A stretch of DNA of 38,842 nt. It comes from an uncultured Myxococcales bacterium. GTDB taxonomy: Bacteria > Myxococcota_A > Polyangia > Fen-1088. The stretch lies in contig CAYTTF010000003.1 in NCBI GenBank assembly GCA_964440665.1, forward strand, positions 1-38,842, written 5' to 3'. Under the pieces are notes generated by a model that saw nothing but the letters and a program-made list of their open reading frames with translations, searched no databases and had not been told where the DNA came from. The position numbers and the translations under genes were made by a program. Below are positions 28,655 through 36,768 of this stretch, piece by piece (positions within the stretch are counted from its first letter, which is position 1; the number at the start of each line of letters is the position of its first letter).

Positions 28655-29188
28655 TCAGCTCGCGCGCCAGGCGCGGGCCTTCTCGGTGAGCGCGGCGAGC
28701 GCGGGTGTCTGGGCCGCGGAGTAGGCGAGGAGCGTGGTCGCCCCGCCGGCGATGGCGGCCCGTTTGGTCTCGGCGTAGGCCGCGACGTCAGCGGGGTGGG
28801 CGCGCAGGTAGTCGCGCAGTGCGATGTTGTCCCGCCAGAGGGCGCCGTTGAGCTCGACCAGCGCCAGGTTGAATGCGCGCAGCGCGCGCTGGCGGAAATA
28901 GATCCGCCCGGGCACACCGGCCTCGCCGAGATCCTGGTAGCCGAGCGCGACCACCCGCGCGCGCAGCTCGGGCAGCGCGGCCCAGGCTATGGGCGGCGCG
29001 CCCAGCATCAAGTCCACGATGGGTCGGCCGCCGAGGCCCGGGACCGCAGTCGAACCGATGTGCTCGAACCGGAGCGTCGCGGTCGCCAGGCCGATGCGCA
29101 ACCGATCGCGCTCGCCCCGGAAACGCCCGGCGCGGTGGGGGTCGTAGTCAACGATTTCGACGGCTTCGTCCAGGCTCACGGCGGGCAT
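28655..29188 (-). CDS. GrpB-family protein
   Basis: VEIVDYDPHRAGRFRGERDRL...RFEHIGSTAVPGLGGRPIVDLMLG...GEAGVPGRIYFR matches my recollection of the GrpB/UPF0157 pattern. Confidence 0.8.
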   Translation of the reverse strand: MPAVSLDEAVEIVDYDPHRAGRFRGERDRLRIGLATATLRFEHIGSTAVPGLGGRPIVDLMLGAPPIAWAALPELRARVVALGYQDLGEAGVPGRIYFRQRALRAFNLALVELNGALWRDNIALRDYLRAHPADVAAYAETKRAAIAGGATTLLAYSAAQTPALAALTEKARAWRAS

Positions 29189-29200
29189 GATAGCGCAAGG

Positions 29201-30250
29201 TCAGTCGCAGCCGATGGGCTGCGTCCCCACGGCGATGTCGTCGTACCAGATGTCCACCGCGGGACCGGCATATTTCTCGAAGCCGAAGCGAAGGTTGTCG
29301 TAGTTGTCGATGGGAAAGTCGGTGTGGTGCAGGTCCGGGACCTCGTGGGTATTCACCCAGACGTCGATCTCTGGCGTCTTCGAGTCGAGGAGGATCTCCA
29401 GGCAGGTCCAGGCGCCGGGCGTGAACTGAATACCCGGCTTCCCGTCGTTGTAGTAGTTGGCGTTCGAGAGCGCCCCGTGGGCATCCCCCATGAGGGTGAA
29501 CATGAGCATCTGGTTCTGTTCGCCGACGCGAAGGGCGTTCCCGCTCCCCTGCGCGGCGAAGAGGTCGGAGAGGATGAAGGTGTTGTGGCCGGCGCTCATC
29601 GCGTCGTGGAGCTGCATGAACACGCGCACGTAGAAGCGGCCGGCCGTCACCGGCAGGACGGAGGCGCTGTGCAATATCAAGAGCGTGTCGTAGTCGTTGG
29701 CGGTGTCGCCGATGTGAATGGATTTCTCGCCGCTGTGTGCGGGCGTGGTGCTGTCGACCGTCACCGTTCCGGTCGTCGTCCAGGGGGAGGGCGGCGTGGT
29801 CGTCGTCGCGGCCTCGAAGGTGTCGCAGAAGATCAGACCCGGGCGGGCCGAACACGGGTTTCCGGCTCCGCCGCCGCCCGTGCCGGCGCTTCCGGTGGTG
29901 CCGGCGCCGCCGGCTCCCCCTCGGCCGGCTGTTCCGGCACCGCCGATCGTCCCCGCGCTTCCGGTGGTGCCGGCGCTGCCGGACGTCCCGGCGCTGCCGG
30001 ACACACCCGCGCTTCCGGTGGTGCCGGCGCCACCGGATGTTCCGGCGCTGCCATTCCCCGCGGCACCGCTGCCGCTACCTCCGGTACCTGCCGCGGCGGT
30101 GCCGCCGGTGCCGGCCTTTCCCGTGGAGACGCTCCCGCCCGCGCCACCCGCGCCACCACCCTCACCCGCGCGGCAACCGACGCCCAGAGCCAGGGCAAGC
30201 GACGCGACCAGCGCCAGGGAGGAGCCGGCGCGGCGGGGGCTGGAAATCAT
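29201..30250 (-). CDS. Secreted lipoprotein with Gly/Thr/Ser-rich linker and a C-terminal beta-rich, ConA/jelly-roll-like domain (function unknown)
   Basis: Lipobox-like LALALGVGC. A linker of about 110 aa made of AGTTGSAG-type units. The C-terminal ~210 aa domain (HSGEKSIHIG...RFYVRVFMQL...WTCLEILLD...IDVWVN...IWYDDIAVG) resembles lectin/glycan-lyase jelly rolls. The fold call is inference. Confidence 0.65.
   Translation of the reverse strand: MISSPRRAGSSLALVASLALALGVGCRAGEGGGAGGAGGSVSTGKAGTGGTAAAGTGGSGSGAAGNGSAGTSGGAGTTGSAGVSGSAGTSGSAGTTGSAGTIGGAGTAGRGGAGGAGTTGSAGTGGGGAGNPCSARPGLIFCDTFEAATTTTPPSPWTTTGTVTVDSTTPAHSGEKSIHIGDTANDYDTLLILHSASVLPVTAGRFYVRVFMQLHDAMSAGHNTFILSDLFAAQGSGNALRVGEQNQMLMFTLMGDAHGALSNANYYNDGKPGIQFTPGAWTCLEILLDSKTPEIDVWVNTHEVPDLHHTDFPIDNYDNLRFGFEKYAGPAVDIWYDDIAVGTQPIGCD
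29886..30030 (-). repeat. In-frame quasi-repeats in the Gly-rich linker (three exact 22-nt copies)
   Basis: GCGCTTCCGGTGGTGCCGGCGC occurs at 29886-29907, 29955-29976 and 30009-30030. Spacings are 69 and 54 nt, both multiples of 3. Confidence 0.8.
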
Positions 30251-30293
30251 GAACAGATAGTAACGCCATCCGCCATCGGCGGAACCCGGAGCG

Positions 30294-32156
30294 TCAGCCG
30301 CGGGTCAGCGCCCGCGCGATGCGTTTGGGCAATTCCAGCTCCTCGATCTCCTCGAGAGGTTGCTCGAGCGCGATCGACCAGTTCGGCCGCTCGGAGACGG
30401 TGCCGGGAAGGTTGGGGCGCTCCGTGGCCGCGACCGCGTCGTCGAGCGTCGCCAGCAAGATCCGGGAGGGCGCCTTGGCCAGCGCGCGGTAGGTGGATTC
30501 GATCGCCTCTTCGGCCGAGGCGTCCTCGGGCACGCCCCCGAACGTCACCAGCTTGTCGCGCAGCGCCTGCATCCCGGTTTCGTTGGGGTCGATGCCGATC
30601 TTCTTCTGCTCCGCCTCGTCGCTCCCGGTCCACAGGCCAGCGATGGTCGCTAGATCGTGGGTGGTGACGCTGGAGAGCGCGAGCTCCGGGAACGCGGCGG
30701 GCGGCATGGGCTCGAAGTACAGCAGCCGGTAAGAGAGCATGCGGTGTTCGGCGAGGCGCTCGCGCACGCCCGGCTCGACGGTGCCGAGGTCCTCGCCGAC
30801 GACGAAGGCCCGCGCCCGCTGGCTCTCGAGCGCGACGATGGCCAGCAGCTCGTCGGCCCGACCGCGCACGTAGGCGCCGGCTTTGGTCCCGAGCGAATGC
30901 GGAATCCAGAACAGACGGAAGAGGCCCATCACGTGGTCGATGCGCAGCCCGCCCGCATTGCGCATCATCGCGCGGATGGTTTCGATGAAGGGCTGGTAGC
31001 GGGCGGCGCGCAGGCGCAGGGGGATGAACGGCGTCAGTCCCCAGTCCTGTCCGTTGGCGTTGAATTCGTCCGGCGGCGCGCCAACCGATACGTCGTTGGC
31101 CAGCAGATCCTGCCAGCACCAGGCGTCCGCGCCGGCCACGTCGAGGCCGATCGGCAGATCGTTGATGATCGCGATCGTCTGCGCGGCCAGCTCACACTGC
31201 GTATCGAGCTGCCACTGCAGCCAGGCGTGAAACCGGATGCGCTCCCGGTGTGAAACCCGAAACGCGGCGGTGGCGGCGCTGTCGGCGCGCCGGACTTCGG
31301 CGGGCCAGCGCCGCCAGTCTTTCCCGTGCAGCTCGCAGAGCGCGCAGTAGGTCGCGAAGTCCGTGAGCGCCTGCCCCTCGCCGGAGCGGTACCAGTCGAA
31401 CCCCGTCTCGCCCTTGAAGCGCGCGAAGATCGCTTCCAGGGCCTCCATCTTGAGCTGGAAGATCGCGTTGCGATCGACGAGGCGCGCGGCGTTGAGCGCG
31501 CGTCCGGCGTGCCCGAGGCGCTCGCGGGTTCGCGCGTCCAGCTGATCCCAGCCCGACACCTCCTCGACCCGCAGGTAAAGCGGGTTGTTGAAGCGACGGC
31601 TCGACGGATAGTAGGGGCTCGGCTCGATCGGTCGCACGGGCGTCGCGGCGCAGAGCGGATTCACCATCACCACGCCGCCACCGAGCCGCCCGGTCCAGCG
31701 TCCGAGCCGCGCGAGATCGAAGAGATCGCCGATCCCCCAGCTCTCGCGCGACCGCGCGGCGTAGACTTGGGCGGCGAAGCCCCAGGTCGACAGGCCGTCG
31801 GGCAGATAACAGCGGCCCGGGCTGACGATCAGAAGCGTTTCGCCGCCGCCGCGCGGGAAGAGCTGGTGGTAACCCTCCGGCAAGTCGGCGGGAAGCTCAC
31901 CATCGACGGTGCGCTGGCTGCCGTCTTCGAGGGTCAGGTCGGCGCCGCCCGGGGCCGTGCGATCGCTGCCCGGGAGTAGGACGCGAACGGCCTGCGCCCC
32001 GCCCGGCTCCGGCGCGTTGGTGTCGGCGTTGGCGTCGCCGTCGCCGGGGGCGCCCATCGCCGCGCAGAGCGCCGCCCGTGTCGCGGCCGAGGTCCGATGC
32101 TCGACGCCGCGCGCGTCGTGGTAGCCGTCGTCGATGCCAAAGCGATCGGTCGCCAC
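30294..32156 (-). CDS. malQ: 4-alpha-glucanotransferase (amylomaltase, GH77)
   Basis: GH77 motifs: WGIGDF-like SWGIGDLFDL, catalytic-region RIDHVMGLFRLFWIP, VVGEDLGTV, TTHDLAT. GTG 32156 overlaps the upstream gene's stop (TAGTG); an alternative GTG is at 32168. The rest of listed ORF 30294..33131 is rejected. Confidence 0.9.
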   Translation of the reverse strand: MATDRFGIDDGYHDARGVEHRTSAATRAALCAAMGAPGDGDANADTNAPEPGGAQAVRVLLPGSDRTAPGGADLTLEDGSQRTVDGELPADLPEGYHQLFPRGGGETLLIVSPGRCYLPDGLSTWGFAAQVYAARSRESWGIGDLFDLARLGRWTGRLGGGVVMVNPLCAATPVRPIEPSPYYPSSRRFNNPLYLRVEEVSGWDQLDARTRERLGHAGRALNAARLVDRNAIFQLKMEALEAIFARFKGETGFDWYRSGEGQALTDFATYCALCELHGKDWRRWPAEVRRADSAATAAFRVSHRERIRFHAWLQWQLDTQCELAAQTIAIINDLPIGLDVAGADAWCWQDLLANDVSVGAPPDEFNANGQDWGLTPFIPLRLRAARYQPFIETIRAMMRNAGGLRIDHVMGLFRLFWIPHSLGTKAGAYVRGRADELLAIVALESQRARAFVVGEDLGTVEPGVRERLAEHRMLSYRLLYFEPMPPAAFPELALSSVTTHDLATIAGLWTGSDEAEQKKIGIDPNETGMQALRDKLVTFGGVPEDASAEEAIESTYRALAKAPSRILLATLDDAVAATERPNLPGTVSERPNWSIALEQPLEEIEELELPKRIARALTRG

Positions 32157-32908
32157 TAGGCCGACCACTGGCGCATGCGGCGGTTCTTTCCGGTCGCGAG
32201 CTCGACGAACAGCAGGCCCCGGAACACCATCGCCCAGGTGATGAAGATCAGCATGATGGGTTTGAGCCAGATCGGAATGACCAGCACAGTGACGGCCACG
32301 CCGTGCAGCGAGAAGAGGGCCCCGATGCTGAGGACTCGCGCCGCGAATGGCCCGCCCTGCATGAGCCCGCTCGGGATCAAGATCGCGGCGGCGATGAGCG
32401 CGTTCGGTCCCAACCACTCCGGCCAATGCGCCGAGATGAATCGCCCCGATTCGCCCAGGAGCGCGAACGACCGAACCCGCCCCTGGCCGAGATAGATGAG
32501 CTCGGGGACCGGGTTGAAGAACACCGCCATCGCGAGCCCCGCGAGGACCATCACGATCGCGCCGCGCTCTCCGGCACCCGAAAGCAGGGAGCCCAGGATC
32601 AGATCGATGATCCAGAAGGCGAAGAGCACGCTCACCACGTCCCAGAAGCGCGCGCCGAAGCTCTCGCGGATGTCGGCCAGGCGAATCGCCCGGCCGGCGA
32701 TCGCCAACGACAAGAGATGGAGATAGCTCGAGGCCAGGAAGGCCATCACGAATCCGGTCAGAAAACCGCCCACCACGCCGAGCTGGCCCAGCGCGCCTTC
32801 CGCCAGCAGAAAGGTCACGGCATAAACCAGCAGCGCGATGGCGACCGGCCACCCGCGCAGCGCCAGCCGGACGGACTTTCCCGCGAGGCGCGCGTAGAGA
32901 TTGAGCAT
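32156..32908 (-). CDS. Polytopic integral membrane protein, unknown family (250 aa, about 6 TM)
   Basis: ATG at 32908-32906 gives MLNLYARLAGKSVRLALRGWPVAIALLVYAV.... Hydrophobic helices run throughout. The upstream 770 aa of listed ORF 32156..35224 are antisense to the kinase gene. Confidence 0.65.
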   Translation of the reverse strand: MLNLYARLAGKSVRLALRGWPVAIALLVYAVTFLLAEGALGQLGVVGGFLTGFVMAFLASSYLHLLSLAIAGRAIRLADIRESFGARFWDVVSVLFAFWIIDLILGSLLSGAGERGAIVMVLAGLAMAVFFNPVPELIYLGQGRVRSFALLGESGRFISAHWPEWLGPNALIAAAILIPSGLMQGGPFAARVLSIGALFSLHGVAVTVLVIPIWLKPIMLIFITWAMVFRGLLFVELATGKNRRMRQWSA

Positions 32909-33187
32909 CCGGCAATGATACTCCAGCGAGGACGACGGGGAGCACCCCGCGGGCGCCAAACTCTCCGTCACGATGATCCCGATCCCTGGCCGCGGCGCTA
33001 GGCCGTTCGTTAGCCTGACAAAGATGCGCGGGGCGAAAGAAGCTGGATCGGCAGAACCTTGGCGAAGTGGACGAACTCGGCGTCGGTCGTGAGGATTCCG
33101 AGTCGCCGCCGCGCAGATCAGAAAGAGCCACGGCGGGCGACGGAGTCGGGTCAGCCGGCCTCGGGGATGATACCTTAGCCGCCGCGT

Positions 33188-35116
33188 ATGGCGTCGCACG
33201 GGCGGTACACCATCCTGGGCAAGTTGGCCGACGGCGGGATGGCCGAGATCTTTCTGGCCATCCAGCACGGCGCGGAGGGCTTCGAGAAGCCCGTGGTGCT
33301 CAAGCGGATCCTCACCCAGTACTCGGCCGACCCGCAGTTCCGCAACATGCTGCTCGACGAGGCGCACATCTCGATGAGCCTTCAGCACGGCAACGTCGTT
33401 CAGGTCCTGGATCTGGGCGTCGCAGCGGGCCGCTATTTTCTGGCGCTCGAGCTGGTCGACGGCTGGGACCTCGAGAAGATCCTGCAGCGTGCGCACGCGG
33501 CCGGGATGGTCTGGCCGGCCGCGCTCGGGCTCTATGTCGTCGCCGAGGTCTGCCGCGGGCTCGCCTACGCGCACGGCAAGGCGCGCGACGGCAAGCCGCT
33601 CGGGATCGTCCACCGCGACATCAGCCCCAACAACGTGCTCTTGAGCGGGGAGGGGGAGGTGAAGGTCGCCGACTTCGGCATCGCCAAGGCCCAGCGCAAA
33701 CGCGAGCAGACCGCGGCCGGCGTCATCAAGGGCAAGGTCGCATACATGTCGCCCGAGCAGGCGATGGGGGGGGCCGTCGACCGCCGGTCGGACATCTTCT
33801 CCGTCGGATCGCTGCTCTATCGGACGATGACCGATCGGCTGCCGTTCGAGGCCAACAACGATCTGGAGTCGCTGCTGCGCGTGCAGAAGGCGGAGTTCAC
33901 GCCGCCCCGGGAGGTCAGGCCGACGATGAACGAATCGGTCGCCGGCATCATTCTGCGCGCGATGCGGCTTTTGCCGAGCGAGCGGTATCAGAGCGCCGAC
34001 GAGATGCTGGCCGACGTCGAACGGGTGCTGCGCACCGAGTTTCAGTCGGCCGGGCAGTCGGAGCTCAAGGCCTGGCTCGAGCAGCTCGGCCGTCGCGACG
34101 ACGTCCCCTCGATCGGCAAGCAACGCCGCGACGGCAGCGGCGTCGTGAACGACGTGATGGGCACCGACCTTTCGGCCGGGACGTCGTTCGAGCTCGGCGA
34201 TCTCGAGGCCTCGGGGGGACAGGCCGAAGGGGCGCGCGCGCGCTCGCCGGCTCCGGATCTCAAGGCCAATCCCAAGGCCGACCCGAAGGGGGCGCCGCCC
34301 AAAGGGGGCAAAGGGGGATCGACGGCGGAGATCCCGAAGCCGAGCAAGACCGTCTCGGGCAAGCGGCGTTCGAACGGCTTTTGGACGGGCGTCGCTCTCA
34401 CGGTGGGTGCGGTGGTGGGGTTCCACTACCTGAGTGGGTGGGCGCAGAAGCGGGGGGTGATGAGCGCGCTCGGGCTCGGGAATGACGCCGCCGTGGAGGG
34501 GCGTCCAGCGATCGCGCCGCCGCAGGTTGCCGGGAAAGAACCGACGCCCGCGCCCGCGACTCCGCCCGAGCATTCGGTGGCTGTGGTCGACGCCGCGCAG
34601 ACGCCGCTGCCCGGCGCGTCTGCCGCCCCGGCGGACGCGCATCCCGCGACGGCCGAAGCGACCCCGCCCGGCGACAAGAAATCGGCTGCGCCCGAGGACG
34701 ACGAGCCCGATGAGGAGGCGCTGCTCCGGAACGCCGTCCCCAACGCCGAGAACGCGGTCATCGGCGAAGACGACGCCGAGGCGGCCGCGGCGGGCAAGGC
34801 CGCGCCGACGGCCAAGTCTCACGCCGCCACGGCCAAGGCGCCCGTCGACGTCCCGCGCGTCGAGACCGCCATCCTGCACTTCACCAGCGCGCCGAGCGGC
34901 GCCGTCGTGCGGACCAAGGCGCGCGTCCTGGGGCGCACGCCCATCAGCCTTCACTTCAAGACCGGCAATACCTACGAGATCGCGCTGGTCAAGCGGGGCT
35001 TCGCGCCGGCGACACGCAAGGTATCGATTCACAGCACCAAGGACCGCAAGATCGCCGTGACGCTCAAGAAGCGCGCGCCGCCCAAGCGCGTGCCGTTCTT
35101 CCACCCCCACCGATGA
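33188..35116 (+). CDS. Ser/Thr protein kinase with TM segment, Pro/Ala-rich spacer and C-terminal PEGA domain
   Basis: Kinase subdomains: GKLADGGMAEIF, VVLKRI, HRDISPNNVLL, DFGIAK, YMSPEQ. TM FWTGVALTVGAVVGFHYL. C-terminal PEGA-like LHFTSAPSGAVVRTKARVLGRTPISLHFKTGNTYEIALVKRGF. Confidence 0.92.
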   Translation: MASHGRYTILGKLADGGMAEIFLAIQHGAEGFEKPVVLKRILTQYSADPQFRNMLLDEAHISMSLQHGNVVQVLDLGVAAGRYFLALELVDGWDLEKILQRAHAAGMVWPAALGLYVVAEVCRGLAYAHGKARDGKPLGIVHRDISPNNVLLSGEGEVKVADFGIAKAQRKREQTAAGVIKGKVAYMSPEQAMGGAVDRRSDIFSVGSLLYRTMTDRLPFEANNDLESLLRVQKAEFTPPREVRPTMNESVAGIILRAMRLLPSERYQSADEMLADVERVLRTEFQSAGQSELKAWLEQLGRRDDVPSIGKQRRDGSGVVNDVMGTDLSAGTSFELGDLEASGGQAEGARARSPAPDLKANPKADPKGAPPKGGKGGSTAEIPKPSKTVSGKRRSNGFWTGVALTVGAVVGFHYLSGWAQKRGVMSALGLGNDAAVEGRPAIAPPQVAGKEPTPAPATPPEHSVAVVDAAQTPLPGASAAPADAHPATAEATPPGDKKSAAPEDDEPDEEALLRNAVPNAENAVIGEDDAEAAAAGKAAPTAKSHAATAKAPVDVPRVETAILHFTSAPSGAVVRTKARVLGRTPISLHFKTGNTYEIALVKRGFAPATRKVSIHSTKDRKIAVTLKKRAPPKRVPFFHPHR

Positions 35117-36747
35117 GAACGCTGGGACCGAGATGGGCCGCGGCCGGCGTCGTCGCGACGGTCGCGACGCTTGCGCTCGGTGGGCCAACGGGGCTTGCGG
35201 CCGAGCCCATGGGTGCTGCGCCACCGGCAGACGAGGTCCCAGCCCTGCGCGCGGCTGCCGTCGCCGCGATCGCGCGCGCCCGCGCCAAGGTCGCTGGCGC
35301 GGCGGCGAACCCAGAGATCCTGCGCGAGGTGACGCTTCCTTCGATCGAGCGTCTGGTCGAGGACGCCGATCTCCGCCGGGCCAGCATCACGGTTCCCACA
35401 CGCGATCGGGATTTCGTTCGTAAGAGCCTCGAGACGGCGCGCGCCTTCGCCGATCGCGTCGCCGCCGGCGAGGATCCGTACCGGACGGCGACGGGCGAGA
35501 TGGTGAAGGCCTACCGGGCCGACTGGGACGGGACGCTGCAGCCCTACGCGCTCTACGTACCGCCGGGCTACGACGCGCGCAAACCCTGGCCGCTGATTGT
35601 CGCGCTACACGGCGCGTTCTCCGACCACCGGCACAACCTGCGCCGCGTGTTCGGCCTCGACAACCGCCCCGGCGAGACCGACGCCGAGGCCTCGCGTAAC
35701 GAGCTGCCACTTCCGGACGTGCCGGCGCTGGTGGTGTCGCCCTACGGCCGCGGCGAGCTGATGGGCTACGACGGCCTGGGCGGCGAGGACGTCATGCGCG
35801 TCCTGCAGGACGTGCGCCGCGCGTACCATGTCGATCCCGATCGCATCAGCTTGACCGGCCTCTCGATGGGCGGTGGCGGGACCTGGCAGATCGGTCTTCG
35901 CCACCCGGAGCTGTTCGCGGCGCTCGCGCCGGTCTGCGGCATCACCGACTATCGCAGGATGGTGCGCCCCGCGGACGCGGCGCTCTATGACCTGCCCCTT
36001 ATCGACGCGTTGTCGCCGCCGGCGATCGCCGAGAACGCGGCCCACCTGCGGGTTCTCATTTTCCACGGCGACAAGGATCCGGTGGTCCCGGTCGCCGACT
36101 CGCGCCGGATGGTCGACCGGTATCGCGCGCTCGGCTGGTTGGGCAAGAACGTCCGCTACACGGAATACGCCAGCGTCGACCATGCCGCCTGGGTGCCGGC
36201 ATACAAGGGCGCCGCGCTCCTGCGCACGCTGGCGGCGATCAAGCGCGACCCGGCCGCGCCCCGGACGGCGCCGCCTCCGCCGCCACCCGGCCAGGCGATC
36301 CCCGGCCTTTGCGGCAAGAGCTTCCCGCGCCAGCGCCCGCACATCTACGTTTACGGCACGAACGGACCGCCGGAGGCGGTGACGGCCGCGCGCGCGCTGG
36401 CCACCGCGCTCGCCGATTGGGGGCCGATGGTCGGCGCGCGCTTCTCCGTCAAGGCCGACCACCAGGTGACGCCCGACGATCGGGCGCGCTTCAACCTGGT
36501 TCTGGTGGGTGCCGCGCCGCTCAATGGCCTTGCGCGGGAGGTGCCGGTGTTGCCGCCCGACGGCCGCCCGCTGGGGGATCGTGCCTATCGCGCCCTGGTC
36601 CCCGATCCCCAGGCGCCGAGTCGTTTAGCCCTGGTCCTGGGTGCGCTCACGCCGCGCGGCTTCGCCCGGCTTGCCCGTTTCGCACATCCCAACAAAGACG
36701 CCTGGGCCCCGGAGAGCAACCGTCTTTTCGTGCTTCTGACCGATTGA
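35113..36747 (+). CDS. Secreted alpha/beta-hydrolase (esterase/S9 peptidase-like) with a C-terminal extension
   Basis: Signal peptide (AAGVVATVATLALGGPTGLAA). LQPYALYVPPGYDARKPWPLIVALHG. Nucleophile elbow GLSMGG. LIFHGDKDPVVP...VDHAAW. The ATG overlaps the kinase stop (ATGA at 35113-35116). Confidence 0.85.
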   Translation: MRTLGPRWAAAGVVATVATLALGGPTGLAAEPMGAAPPADEVPALRAAAVAAIARARAKVAGAAANPEILREVTLPSIERLVEDADLRRASITVPTRDRDFVRKSLETARAFADRVAAGEDPYRTATGEMVKAYRADWDGTLQPYALYVPPGYDARKPWPLIVALHGAFSDHRHNLRRVFGLDNRPGETDAEASRNELPLPDVPALVVSPYGRGELMGYDGLGGEDVMRVLQDVRRAYHVDPDRISLTGLSMGGGGTWQIGLRHPELFAALAPVCGITDYRRMVRPADAALYDLPLIDALSPPAIAENAAHLRVLIFHGDKDPVVPVADSRRMVDRYRALGWLGKNVRYTEYASVDHAAWVPAYKGAALLRTLAAIKRDPAAPRTAPPPPPPGQAIPGLCGKSFPRQRPHIYVYGTNGPPEAVTAARALATALADWGPMVGARFSVKADHQVTPDDRARFNLVLVGAAPLNGLAREVPVLPPDGRPLGDRAYRALVPDPQAPSRLALVLGALTPRGFARLARFAHPNKDAWAPESNRLFVLLTD

Positions 36748-36768
36748 AGAAAGGCGCAGGAAGGCCGC

